This document shows positions 1 to 9,745 of a stretch of DNA of 64,000 nt, piece after piece. The notes beneath the pieces are model-generated. The model was not told the DNA's origin. It worked only from the letters and a program-made list of their open reading frames with translations, and did no database searches. The stretch comes from Prevotellaceae bacterium UBA3627. Its GTDB lineage: Bacteria; Bacteroidota; Bacteroidia; Bacteroidales; Bacteroidaceae. The DNA lies in NCBI GenBank assembly GCA_002373375.1, contig DFLE01000001.1, positions 1,970 to 65,969 on the forward strand, read 5' to 3'. Made by a program: the position numbers and the translations under genes. Position 1 is the stretch's first letter; every line of letters starts with the position of its first letter.

Positions 1-1449
1 GTCCATACGTATGCTGTGAGGCCCCTCGTGTACGCAGAGCCGCCAGCCTACTCCGTGGCCTGTGCCGTGCATATAGTGCAGACCGCCGCGCCACAAGACG
101 GAGCGTGCCACGCTGTCAAACTGTGTTCCGTTGGTACCTTCAGGGAAAGGCGTGGTGGCAAGTGCTATGTTAGCCTTCAGCACCAGGGTGTATGCCCGGC
201 GCATCTCGGGTGTTACAGGTCCGAGGGCTATGGTGCGTGTTATGTCGGTGGTGCCGCAGGTGTATTGCGCCCCACTGTCAACGAGTAACAGTCCTTCAGG
301 GTGTAAGGCGGCGTTGGTGTCGGGTGTGGCGGTGTAATGTACTATAGCGCCATGGGCATTGTAACCGCTGATGGTAGAGAATGACAAGTCGCGAAACTCA
401 TTCGCTTCCTTGCGCATCTGCTCCAGCTTGTCGCTTACGCTTATCTCCGACTGGCCGCCAGCCTCAACGGCAGGCTTGAGCCAGCGCAGCCATTTCACCA
501 TAGCCACGCCGTCAAGCAGCATGGAGCGGCGGAAGCCCTCTATCTCCTTGGCGTTCTTTATGGCTTTCATAGCGGAGATGGGCGATGGGGTGTCTATGGG
601 GTGAGGGGTGGCTTTGTATATGTTGTAGTTTATGGTGTCGGCATCGCACAGCGTGCGGCCGTCAAGAGCCTTTACCTGTGACGTAATGTCATTATATGGC
701 TTTACGTCAACGTGTGAGGCTCTCAGCATATCTCGTGCCTCGGTGGTCAGTACACCGTTACAGAAGAGCGTGGCTGTGTCTTGCCTTATTATAAGGAAGC
801 CTATGAACACGGGAGTCATGGGAATATCATTGCCTCGCAGGTTCAGGCACCATGCCACTTCCATCAGGTCTGTCACTATATAGGCGTCAGCCTGTTTAAG
901 GCGCATCTCCGTCCGTATGCGTAGGAGCTTGTCGCTGGTGCTCTCGCCTATGTATTCTGCGTCAACCGCATAGATGCTGTTGGAGGGGATGGCGGGACGG
1001 TCGGGCCATATCATACGCATGGCATCATAGTTGGTGCGTACTGTCACACCGATAGCCTTCAGTGATGTCTGCAAACGGGTAAGTTCTGCGTATGACATCA
1101 TGTTGCCATCAACGGCTACACATGTGCCGCCATTGGCAGACATCTTCCTCAACAGCCACTCGGTCATGGTGGGGGTGTCAGTGAGTCCCTCCTTCATCAG
1201 CGTGAACTCGCTGCCGCTAAGCTCAGCGGCGGCTTGCAGGAAATAGCGTGAGTCTGTCCACAAGGCGGCTTCATCTCTTGTGACTACCGCGGTTCCGGCA
1301 GAACCGGTGAATCCGCTGACATAGCGACGTGCCTGCCAGTGGGGAGCCACATACTCGCTGCCGTGTGGGTCTGCTGTAGGGAAAATGATTGCGTCAATGC
1401 CCTCTGCGCTCATCTCATGGCGCAGACGGCGTAGTGTGTCTTCTGCCAT
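1..1449 (-). CDS. Xaa-Pro aminopeptidase (aminopeptidase P, M24B); runs off the left edge
   Basis: Not in the ORF track because it has no stop in the window. Hand translation from the ATG at 1449 gives MAEDTLRRLRHEM...DPHGSEY...SGFTGSAGTAVVT...LWTDSRYFLQA, and near position 1 HGTGHGVGWRLCVHEGP, both typical aminopeptidase P motifs. Confidence 0.92.
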   Translation of the reverse strand, partial: MAEDTLRRLRHEMSAEGIDAIIFPTADPHGSEYVAPHWQARRYVSGFTGSAGTAVVTRDEAALWTDSRYFLQAAAELSGSEFTLMKEGLTDTPTMTEWLLRKMSANGGTCVAVDGNMMSYAELTRLQTSLKAIGVTVRTNYDAMRMIWPDRPAIPSNSIYAVDAEYIGESTSDKLLRIRTEMRLKQADAYIVTDLMEVAWCLNLRGNDIPMTPVFIGFLIIRQDTATLFCNGVLTTEARDMLRASHVDVKPYNDITSQVKALDGRTLCDADTINYNIYKATPHPIDTPSPISAMKAIKNAKEIEGFRRSMLLDGVAMVKWLRWLKPAVEAGGQSEISVSDKLEQMRKEANEFRDLSFSTISGYNAHGAIVHYTATPDTNAALHPEGLLLVDSGAQYTCGTTDITRTIALGPVTPEMRRAYTLVLKANIALATTPFPEGTNGTQFDSVARSVLWRGGLHYMHGTGHGVGWRLCVHEGPHSIRMD

Positions 1450-1456
1450 ATATGTG

Positions 1457-1464
1457 CAAAATTA
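1457..1464 (-). promoter_or_regulatory. Bacteroidetes sigma-A -7 element (TAATTTTG) for aminopeptidase P
   Basis: Matches TAnnTTTG on the minus strand, 7 nt from the ATG. Confidence 0.6.
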
Positions 1465-1536
1465 TAAAAAAACTTCTTATTCTGCAAGTGATACCACGGC
1501 TGACGGAGTGTTTTGTGGCTGATTTATAAAAACAAT

Positions 1537-1577
1537 TTGCCCCTCTGACTGCATCTGGATGCTTGTCAGAGGGGCAA
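1537..1577 (-). terminator. Stem-loop ending the GH105 operon
   Basis: TTGCCCCTCTGAC...GTCAGAGGGGCAA inverted repeat with an inner GCATC/GATGC stem, just past the stop at 1585. Confidence 0.7.
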
Positions 1578-1584
1578 TATATTG

Positions 1585-1776
1585 TTACCATCCTGTTATT
1601 ATGTCTTCCTCTTCCCCGGTGTCAAAGAGCGAGGTTCCCCGCTTGGCTGAAGCGTCAAAGTTTCCACTTCCTTGCCCGTCGGTATTTCCCTTTTCCATAT
1701 AAGAGCCGGCCATGAGCCTCGGCATATACAGGATAACGGTCTTTATCTTTGGTGTTATATATATATTGTGTTTCAT
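1585..1776 (-). CDS. Small YxxP-leader acidic peptide A (63 aa, function unknown)
   Basis: MKHNIYITPKI...LMAGS followed by a G/D/E-rich tail; starts 13 nt after the GH105 stop; same pattern as the peptides at 4746 and 27763. Confidence 0.7.
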   Translation of the reverse strand: MKHNIYITPKIKTVILYMPRLMAGSYMEKGNTDGQGSGNFDASAKRGTSLFDTGEEEDIITGW

Positions 1777-1789
1777 ATTGGTATTATTC

Positions 1790-4693
1790 TTATTTGGTTT
1801 CCTTTATACCTTTTCTTATTATCAGACCGTGTGCCGCGTTATTGTTGATGCGCTGTCCTGCCACGTTATATACGAGAGACGGGGTTGATGATGCAGGCTC
1901 CATGCACACTGTATTGACAGCAGTGATGTCTTCATCATCGGTAAAAGAGAAAGATGTCAGTTTCGCTCCGACTGTTGTCAGTGTGATGTAGGCGCGAAAA
2001 GGCTTCATGCGTCCCATATATGTGCAGTCATAAAACAGATTGTCGTAAATGAAGTAGTCTGATGCGCCAAGGTCGCCTGATTGTCCGCCTGTCAGCAGTG
2101 TGTATGTACCGATAAGCTGTGCGCCGTTGCCGCTCTGTATTGGCGTGGCGTTGTTCTCTACTGTCACATTGTTGAATGTATAGATGTTGTCAGAGTTTAC
2201 TGTCGCTACTTTTATCAATACAGGTTCATTGGCTGTGATGGCATTTTGCTTTGTAAAGTACAACTTGTCGTTTGTCAGTCTGTTAACGGTAGCAATCTCT
2301 GTGCCGTTGCCGAATGCTGTCTGTACCTGCTCGGCACTGGCTGAGAAAGGTACTACCATGGTAGTCCATTGGTCGGTGGGAAAGGAGCGTGTGAGCGTGA
2401 CTTCACTATATTCCCCCGGGGCAAACTCTGTGTACTCGCCAGCCTCAGTGAGTTCCAGTTTCTTGTCAAGAAATAAGCGCTCATACTCCGTGGCGGCGAG
2501 GATAAAGCCACCCAGCACCTTGCCTTCGGTGTAGAAGTCGTTGCTGGTTGGGTTCTTCACCGTAGGCTCTGTGTCCTTACCCATGAGATAGTATTCAGCT
2601 GAGCCGTCGCGGAAGTTTGAACCACCAACTCCGGCTGACTTGCAACAAGCAATGAGGTGTACGCCGCCGTTGCCGTCAGCCACCATGAATTGCTCAACGA
2701 TGCCCTGATATGCTTTCTTGGCTAACGCTGTGTAGTCTGTGTCGTAGAGTCCGAGGCGCATACCCTTCAGATAAGCTGCCGTGAAGATAGCCGTAGCAGA
2801 AGACTCAAGGTAGTTTGCTACTGGTGAAGAGGTATATCTGTAGCTACTGTCATAGGTCTGGGCTACGAAAGAACCATCATGGTTCAGCAACTGATACCAG
2901 CAGCCTGTTGCCGCATCCTGCTTTGCTGCGATACCAGCAGCAAGCTCGTTGAGATAGCCGTGCAAGGTTTTATAGTTCTGTGTCTTGGTCAGTCCTGCTA
3001 TCTGCATCTGCTCCAGCACGTCAACGAGTGCGAGGAAATACCAACCCTCGGCTCTGCCCCAATACTCGGCAGAGTGGTAGATGCCGTTGCTGTTAGGGAA
3101 TCCTGCCCACTTTGATGCGTTTGTCTTTGAAATTGTATCAGCAGTACACTCGGGATCTGCGGTGAAGGCATGGTAGAGCAACTTCACTTCCGGGTTCCAG
3201 AGATAGTTCCATGAAATGGTGAACTGCTTTGTCACCAAGTCCCAGTCGGCTTCTTTGCTGCCGGCAATACAGCCGTCGCTCTCATAGTTGTCATATTCAT
3301 TAAGCATCTGCGCAAGCAGTGCAGGTCCCATATACTGACCATCGCACCACATTTGGTTGGTGTAGCCTGACTTATGCCACCAGCCTCCGGCAGCAGCAGG
3401 GAGCAAGTCTGCGCTGATAGCATATTTGCTGTTAGCAATCTTTATACCCGCAAGGGCTTCGCCCAGACGAGTCTCTGCAGTAGTAATACTCTTTGCGTTG
3501 CTGATGTTTGTATCAGTGGCGTCAGGTATGATGCCTGACTTTGCCACTTCCTGCAACTTGAAATACAGTTTTACGGCATTGAGGTCGTCAAAACTCTTAC
3601 CTTGTATGCCAGCATCTTTTATGGTATTGTTAGCATAGTCCTGCACGGCATAATACCAAGGCTTTACGTTTACGTCTGTATTATCCTTGTAGTAGTCAAT
3701 GGCTTCAAGTATTGCCTTCGCTACAAGACCAGGCACATAGTCTAACTGTGTTGATTTTCCGCTTGCCGACTTTGCGCCTGCATCCGAGTATTTTGCAAAA
3801 CTCATGTCAGAGGTATTACCCTTAAAGTCACTCATTCGTGAGTTTATCACCCACTCAGAGTAACGCTTTGTTGCATCAAAGGTCATAGCACTGCCTGCGG
3901 CAGGGAGCACAGGGGCGTTTGCGTCAACCTCATAAATGGCATAGAGAGTAATGTTTGCACTTGGCTTATATGTAGCGCCGGCATTGTATGAAGCTGTTGT
4001 AGCAGTGCTGCTTGTTGACCAACCCAGAAAGTTATAGCCGTAGTTAGCCGTTGCAGTAGGCAGCGTCACGCCCGCGCCCTCGCTTGCCTCGGTAAGGCTT
4101 GACGTAGAGCACGTACCGTTAGTGTTTGCATTAAACGATACAGTGTAGCGAGTTTCCGTACTGCTTCCCTCACCGTATGTAACGTCTATGCCGTAAACAT
4201 TATATCCACTGTTAGAGGAACTTATGTATATAGTTGTAGCGGTGCCAGTGTAATTGTATTCTTCGGCTACAGGATCTGCGGTTGAAGTACAATAACCTTC
4301 CTCTACCAATGCTGTGCCAAGAGGTGATGTTCCGTATGATATCTTTAATGATCTTGTTTCTGTAGATTTTGCACTTGCACCATATGTCTTAATAGTACAA
4401 GGTCCCTCTACTGCAAAAGATATATAACGAGAAGAGGCATTTCCTGTTCCTCCAAGTTTCAAACAATAAGTAAAAGATTCTCCATCAATAGTTTTATTAC
4501 TTGAAGCAATGGTTATTTTTTTATCAGATGTTCCCACCATCGTAAAAGCCCCGATGGTCTTGCTTGATGTTATATCATCTGCGTCATTTGCAGTAAACCT
4601 CAGTGAAAGGTTTGTAGCTGCAAAAGAAAAACTGCTTGCCACGGTCAATAAGACCATGGTAAGCAGTGCTGTTATTGAAATATTCTTTTTCAT
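1790..4693 (-). CDS. Secreted multidomain GH105 unsaturated (rhamno)galacturonyl hydrolase with N-terminal CBM-like module, InlB B-repeat-like module and T9SS-type C-terminus
   Basis: Signal peptide; GH105 motifs WWHKSGYTNQMWCDGQYMG, YWGRAEGWY and YLESSATAIF; GYNFLGWST...ITLYAIY B-repeat; C-terminal YNVAGQRI...GLIIRKGIK. Confidence 0.85.
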   Translation of the reverse strand: MKKNISITALLTMVLLTVASSFSFAATNLSLRFTANDADDITSSKTIGAFTMVGTSDKKITIASSNKTIDGESFTYCLKLGGTGNASSRYISFAVEGPCTIKTYGASAKSTETRSLKISYGTSPLGTALVEEGYCTSTADPVAEEYNYTGTATTIYISSSNSGYNVYGIDVTYGEGSSTETRYTVSFNANTNGTCSTSSLTEASEGAGVTLPTATANYGYNFLGWSTSSTATTASYNAGATYKPSANITLYAIYEVDANAPVLPAAGSAMTFDATKRYSEWVINSRMSDFKGNTSDMSFAKYSDAGAKSASGKSTQLDYVPGLVAKAILEAIDYYKDNTDVNVKPWYYAVQDYANNTIKDAGIQGKSFDDLNAVKLYFKLQEVAKSGIIPDATDTNISNAKSITTAETRLGEALAGIKIANSKYAISADLLPAAAGGWWHKSGYTNQMWCDGQYMGPALLAQMLNEYDNYESDGCIAGSKEADWDLVTKQFTISWNYLWNPEVKLLYHAFTADPECTADTISKTNASKWAGFPNSNGIYHSAEYWGRAEGWYFLALVDVLEQMQIAGLTKTQNYKTLHGYLNELAAGIAAKQDAATGCWYQLLNHDGSFVAQTYDSSYRYTSSPVANYLESSATAIFTAAYLKGMRLGLYDTDYTALAKKAYQGIVEQFMVADGNGGVHLIACCKSAGVGGSNFRDGSAEYYLMGKDTEPTVKNPTSNDFYTEGKVLGGFILAATEYERLFLDKKLELTEAGEYTEFAPGEYSEVTLTRSFPTDQWTTMVVPFSASAEQVQTAFGNGTEIATVNRLTNDKLYFTKQNAITANEPVLIKVATVNSDNIYTFNNVTVENNATPIQSGNGAQLIGTYTLLTGGQSGDLGASDYFIYDNLFYDCTYMGRMKPFRAYITLTTVGAKLTSFSFTDDEDITAVNTVCMEPASSTPSLVYNVAGQRINNNAAHGLIIRKGIKETK

Positions 4694-4745
4694 ATTTTTT
4701 GTTTTTGATGCATCTGTTATTTAACTGGATTCTTTTAACCGTCGA

Positions 4746-4937
4746 TTAGTCACCCCATATAGGCGGATTGTCAGGGTCGGTGTTGTCACTGCCCTCAAGT
4801 CCTATGCCATGCTCTTCACCATTGTCTGGTGCTTCGTTGTTAACATAGATGCCCCATTGGCTTTGGTGCGCATTCATAACACTGTCTATCTCCAGTTCCT
4901 CAAAATAGACTGATGGTTGTATGTATCTCCTTTTCAT
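4746..4937 (-). CDS. Small YxxP-leader acidic peptide B (63 aa, function unknown)
   Basis: MKRRYIQPSVYFEELEIDSVM followed by an acidic G/N/D tail; starts 21 nt after the stop of the 1533 aa gene. Confidence 0.75.
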   Translation of the reverse strand: MKRRYIQPSVYFEELEIDSVMNAHQSQWGIYVNNEAPDNGEEHGIGLEGSDNTDPDNPPIWGD

Positions 4938-4958
4938 AATGTGTCCTTGTTGGTTAGG

Positions 4959-7900
4959 TTATTTCACAATAACCTTTCTGCCGTTGAATATATAAATGCC
5001 TTTTGTTAATCCGTTTAGTGTGTTGCTTACTTTCTGACCTGTAACACTGAATACTCCGTTCATCGTCTTTGTTTCAAAAGAGTCAAGTGCCTCGTCTGAC
5101 ATCTCGCATACGTTGATGGCAGTAGCCTCCTCTTCGTCTTCCCATGCTTTGAAGTAATTAAAGCTTACAGACTTCGCCGGAGCACTGCCGTCATCCTCTT
5201 TTTTCAAGTATGAGCGGTAGCCTTTCAAAAATGACTGGCCGCGCGAGATATACAGGGTGTTGTTTGACAGATAGATGTCACCGGCAGTAAGGTATGCACT
5301 TGCTGTTACGTCGCTTGCCATGCCTGTCAGGCTGCTGCTGAACACTTGTGGATTGCAGAATCCGCTGACACCCTTTGAGGTGTAGCCGTTATTGGTAAAC
5401 TCCAGTACTTGCTGGTTTGGGTCTATGCCTTTGTTGTGTACCTCTATCTTGTTGATACTCTGTGTTGGTTTGATAAGGTAAGGATAGCCTGCGAGAATAC
5501 TCTGTATCTCGTGGTATGTCATGTATATCTGGGCATGGCCCTCATCCACGTTTACACGGTCAAGGATGATAAGCTCTGTGCCGTTGCCAAACACCTTCTC
5601 CACCTCGCGCTCTGTCATCGTGAACGGCAGACAGATGGTGTTCCACTTACCAGCGGTGAATGAGCGGTCAAGTGTTATCGTCTCATACATCGGTATGGTG
5701 TTGACTGTATCGCCTGACTTGAGTGATTCTGGGTTGTATGCTGCGTCCTCTGACAGTGCGAGCGTGTCTGACGGCTGGTTCTCCTCGTCAGGTACGAAGT
5801 TTACGCCAGAGAAACCAATCTTTGAGAAGTTAGAGAATATGTAGTATGTCTGTCCGGCAATCACGTGGAATGTATATTTCACCATGCCGCCCTGCAGCGC
5901 GAGGTAAGCACCATTGTCAAGTTTCGTAATCACCTGTGCGCCGTTCACGCCCGCAGACCAGTTCTTGTGAACCTCCTGCTGCTCTCTCAGTGACATATAC
6001 TTCTTAAACTCTTTCCAGTTGCCTATGTTGGTAACGTCGTTGTATCCGTCGGCATCCTCATCAATGATACATTTGAACTTCTCGCCTTTCTCGCAAGCGT
6101 ATTTAGCGCAGAATGCTTCGAGAACGGCCATTTCTTCAGTGTTGCTGCTACTTTCGGCTAAACCCGTGGTGACCTTAGTACGTGTCGTTATCTTGACATC
6201 AGTATGTTTGTCAACTTGGTTTCCGTTTTGGTCAACAATGAAGAGGGCGTGTGGGCGGTACTGGAAGGGTACGCTGCCTGGGAATGTCTTTGCTACACCT
6301 GAGATAGCAGAGACAAGATTGCTGTCATTGTCATATACATCGCTCTTGCCTGTGTTCCATGGTCCGTTCTGCTCTATATATACAGACAGAGTGCCGTTGA
6401 CCTCTGGCTCAAGCGTGATGTATGTGCCGCGCACTGGCAGTGTGAATGGATAGGAGGTGTCGCCGTCTGGCTGCTTGAACCAACCGAAACGTTCTGTTCC
6501 ATATATAACACTGTTGTAATAACGATCAAGTGAACTGTACATGGTCTCGTCGCAGGCATCCTGTGCTCCACTGCTGTATTTTGAGAAGCCATCAATTCCA
6601 GTTCCTGAGTTCGTAATTTTTTTCCAACTGTCGGTTTTCGTTTTAACAGAGTCTTTATTCACAGGATAGTCGTATTTGTTGTTATTCCTGTTCCAACCTC
6701 CGAAGGTTCCTACGAGGTATAGCGTCTCCTCATCACCGATGTACTTTGATACATGGAAAGTATCGCGCACTCCGGGTGGATTGCTCTTGAAAACAGGGTG
6801 GGTAGCAACCTTCCAGTTCACTCCCCTCTGTATCGTTATCTTATACTCTGCCTCCGCGTCATCGTATTTGTCGCTTGTGGCTGTTGCCTTGATTACCGCG
6901 GTGCCGTTACCGTGTGGGGTGGTAAGAGTTATGGCTCCAGCGTCAGATACTGTGGCCACGGTGTTGTCGTCTGATGTGTAGGTAATGTTGAGATTGCTAA
7001 GTTGTACAGTGGTGCCGTACTCATCTACTGCGCTGAGCGTGATGGTTGGCAGTGACGGAGTAGTCTCGTCGGCGTTACATACATACTCGTCGTCACCATC
7101 ATTATCGTCGCTGTATGACAATGTCAAGGCTGATTTAAGTACTTCTATAGAAACATCTGCCGTACCACCAAGGAATACGTCCGTATTGCTCTTTATGCTG
7201 AAGGTAAGTGTGGTGGGAGTGTCGCCCGTCGGTGCTACACCGGTAAGTGTCAGCGTGCCTTTCCTGCCGGCGGACTCAGCACTGTCGTCGCGTACAAATG
7301 ACGCGGTGACCTTGCTGGGATCGCCGCTGTATGTCATTTCGTCGAACTCGCATCCGTATGGAAGGCGTAGGGGGATATTCTTTGTTTCACCCACTTTTAC
7401 CGCTACGTTTGTATAGTCCAACTTTGGTTCTTGTTCCGTCGTGTAGAACACGATGTCGGCGGGATATACGTCCTTGCCGGCTCCGGTAATCTTTACGGTG
7501 TGTGTGCCGATGCCGCCGGTGGAATAGATAGGTGAGGTGGTGTAGTTACCAGGTGCAACATGGAACGGAGTAAGCTCTGCGCCATCCAAATAGACATTCA
7601 CATTTCTTGTCTCCTTGCTGTTGCCGTGGAAAGCGTCAATGCTGAAGGCTATTGCTCCGTCAACGGTTATGGTGACGTAGTTGCTTTCCCATTTGATATT
7701 GTAGAATGCGCCGGTCACGCCGTTGTGTGTGCCGTTGTTGTTACCGTCTTTGTTTACTGGGTTTACGGTAGTGTATATCGTAGCGTCAATGGTAGCCTTG
7801 TTAAGCTCAAGCTTTTGCTCGTTTGTCGTTACATGATATACCGGGTACTGCGTGATGTAGAAATAGTCAAGGCCGCTTGTTGATGAGCCTTGGCAACGTA

Positions 7901-9560
7901 TATATAAGTCTGTAGGCTCGGTTATTGTGAAGTTTTCAGAGTTGCCACTCTTGTTGTTTCCTTTGGTTATGTTTAATGTAAACACTACCTCTTCCCCCAC
8001 TTTGAAGTCACAAGTCCTTGTATCGTCGTTGCCGTTTGAGCCCTCCGCATATATCTTGTAGGTGCCAGGGACAAGTGTCGTGGCTTTCTTGTATGTGTAG
8101 TCATTATGTGCGAGTCCGCCGTTTGAAGTGCGGTTGGTTATTGCTTCGTAAGTCTTTGTAAATGCGCTGCAATTTTCCGCTTCGCTGTAATATACTACGT
8201 TATTTACCGTAGATTGAGTATAAGGGCGGTTTATCACGTATCCATCGGCAGTAGGTGTGTCGTATATTGTATAGTAGTTACCGTCGGTTACTCGTGCCGT
8301 TTGGTATAGTGTCGTACCTGAAAGTACATATTGCGGAATAGGTATTCTGAGTTCCCCGCTTCCTGTGGCATACGTTCCTGTCTTCAGTTCTTTCAGTATG
8401 TTTCCTTCGCCGTCAACGGCATTGACGGTATATCCGTAATATTCAGACTCTACGGTGACGTTGAATGTCTCTCTTACATTCACAGGGGCAGCGGTAGCAT
8501 AGGCTGTGATGACTGCGGTGCCCAGCCCTTTGGCTGTCACCACACCGTTTGCGTTAACGGTAGCAACGCTTGCTTTGCTTGTACTCCACTCAATACCGTC
8601 GTTAACGGTGTATGAAGGAGTGAGGGTGGCAGTGAGTGTGGTTGTAGCACCATATTTTATTGTTGATTCGCCGGAAATGGCGATAGACTTAGGCGCACGG
8701 TCATACTTTGCATACAGTGTGATGTCACCGCTTGGCGTGTATGTGGTGCCAGCAACACCGATACGTGTGCCGCCGACTGGATCTGTGTACCAACCCATAA
8801 ATGTTGCACCGTTATTGTCTGTTGCGGCAGGCAATGTCACAGAGGTTACGCTGCCTTCGCTTGCGCAAGACAGTGAGGTGGTGGCGCAGGTAGCATCGTC
8901 ACCGGCAACGAAAGTTACGGTGCGCTTGTCTGCGTACGTTATGCTGAGTGATGGCGCATGGCTGCTTCCCTTACCATAGAGGTCTGCGCTTGATGGGCAG
9001 TTAGTCAGGAACATCGTAATGTAGCCCTGACTCTCCACTGCTTGAACAGCGGTGGTTACGTCAGTCTCCAAGTTGAGATATTCTTGTCCGTCCTGCAACT
9101 CCACGTTGTTGAAATAGGTGTACGGCCTGCCTTGCATGGCGGCAATCATGTTTCCGCGTCCTTGGGCAAAGGCATTCCAGTCTATGTCCTTGCCGAGGTT
9201 CAGGTAATAGAAACTGTTATTGCGTATGCCGCCGTTGTTTTGTTTGTATAGGTTTGCACTCCATGTGAGTGTAGCGGAGATTACAGTCTTGCCGGCTGGC
9301 AGGTTGAAAGAAAATTTCATTGCAGCCTGACCGTTCCATCCACGCTGACCTGCGGCACCGGCATAGCGTTCCTCGTCGTTGTCGTATGTCTGCTTATAGG
9401 TCTCACCGTTCATGTAATAGGTAGAACCGGTATGCTCCAGCTTAGCTGTTATTTGTGTTGCGGCCATAGAGGTGCCACAACATAGTGCGCAAGCCATGAC
9501 AAACGTCAGAGCCTTGCTATATATATCTTTGATGTGCATAATCTTATTTGATGTTTCCAT
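4959..9560 (-). CDS. Large secreted protein with Ig-like (Big_2) and B-repeat-like modules and T9SS-type C-terminus; no catalytic domain recognised
   Basis: Signal peptide; WSTSKASVATVNANGVVTAKGLGTAVITA and YTSDDNTVATVSDAG Big_2 motifs; TFMGWYT...ITLYAKY; C-terminal VFSVTGQKV...KGIYIFNGRKVIVK. Confidence 0.8.
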   Translation of the reverse strand: METSNKIMHIKDIYSKALTFVMACALCCGTSMAATQITAKLEHTGSTYYMNGETYKQTYDNDEERYAGAAGQRGWNGQAAMKFSFNLPAGKTVISATLTWSANLYKQNNGGIRNNSFYYLNLGKDIDWNAFAQGRGNMIAAMQGRPYTYFNNVELQDGQEYLNLETDVTTAVQAVESQGYITMFLTNCPSSADLYGKGSSHAPSLSITYADKRTVTFVAGDDATCATTSLSCASEGSVTSVTLPAATDNNGATFMGWYTDPVGGTRIGVAGTTYTPSGDITLYAKYDRAPKSIAISGESTIKYGATTTLTATLTPSYTVNDGIEWSTSKASVATVNANGVVTAKGLGTAVITAYATAAPVNVRETFNVTVESEYYGYTVNAVDGEGNILKELKTGTYATGSGELRIPIPQYVLSGTTLYQTARVTDGNYYTIYDTPTADGYVINRPYTQSTVNNVVYYSEAENCSAFTKTYEAITNRTSNGGLAHNDYTYKKATTLVPGTYKIYAEGSNGNDDTRTCDFKVGEEVVFTLNITKGNNKSGNSENFTITEPTDLYIRCQGSSTSGLDYFYITQYPVYHVTTNEQKLELNKATIDATIYTTVNPVNKDGNNNGTHNGVTGAFYNIKWESNYVTITVDGAIAFSIDAFHGNSKETRNVNVYLDGAELTPFHVAPGNYTTSPIYSTGGIGTHTVKITGAGKDVYPADIVFYTTEQEPKLDYTNVAVKVGETKNIPLRLPYGCEFDEMTYSGDPSKVTASFVRDDSAESAGRKGTLTLTGVAPTGDTPTTLTFSIKSNTDVFLGGTADVSIEVLKSALTLSYSDDNDGDDEYVCNADETTPSLPTITLSAVDEYGTTVQLSNLNITYTSDDNTVATVSDAGAITLTTPHGNGTAVIKATATSDKYDDAEAEYKITIQRGVNWKVATHPVFKSNPPGVRDTFHVSKYIGDEETLYLVGTFGGWNRNNNKYDYPVNKDSVKTKTDSWKKITNSGTGIDGFSKYSSGAQDACDETMYSSLDRYYNSVIYGTERFGWFKQPDGDTSYPFTLPVRGTYITLEPEVNGTLSVYIEQNGPWNTGKSDVYDNDSNLVSAISGVAKTFPGSVPFQYRPHALFIVDQNGNQVDKHTDVKITTRTKVTTGLAESSSNTEEMAVLEAFCAKYACEKGEKFKCIIDEDADGYNDVTNIGNWKEFKKYMSLREQQEVHKNWSAGVNGAQVITKLDNGAYLALQGGMVKYTFHVIAGQTYYIFSNFSKIGFSGVNFVPDEENQPSDTLALSEDAAYNPESLKSGDTVNTIPMYETITLDRSFTAGKWNTICLPFTMTEREVEKVFGNGTELIILDRVNVDEGHAQIYMTYHEIQSILAGYPYLIKPTQSINKIEVHNKGIDPNQQVLEFTNNGYTSKGVSGFCNPQVFSSSLTGMASDVTASAYLTAGDIYLSNNTLYISRGQSFLKGYRSYLKKEDDGSAPAKSVSFNYFKAWEDEEEATAINVCEMSDEALDSFETKTMNGVFSVTGQKVSNTLNGLTKGIYIFNGRKVIVK

Positions 9561-9631
9561 AAACTATACTTGTATGTTCAACAATTAGATGTATTTGTCT
9601 GGTACAGGTTTGATATTAGTTGAATAAATTG

Positions 9632-9639
9632 CAAAGTTA
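9632..9639 (-). promoter_or_regulatory. -7 promoter element (TAACTTTG) for the 1533 aa - peptide B - GH105 - peptide A operon
   Basis: TAnnTTTG match about 70 nt upstream of the ATG at 9560. Confidence 0.6.
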
Positions 9640-9646
9640 GATAAAT

Positions 9647-9681
9647 TAAATTGTTCCGCAAAAACTTTGCGGAACAATTTA
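9647..9681 (-). terminator. Stem-loop after the AEC transporter
   Basis: TAAATTGTTCCGCAAA-aac-TTTGCGGAACAATTTA, a perfect 16 bp inverted repeat. Confidence 0.65.
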
Positions 9682-9745
9682 GGGGGATGTATGGAATATC
9701 TTGAGTAAGCGCAAGTCATGAATACATGAAAGAGGCTCTTGTCGT

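Noticed and set aside
16-1246. Short plus-strand ORFs
   Set aside because: Antisense to the aminopeptidase P gene.
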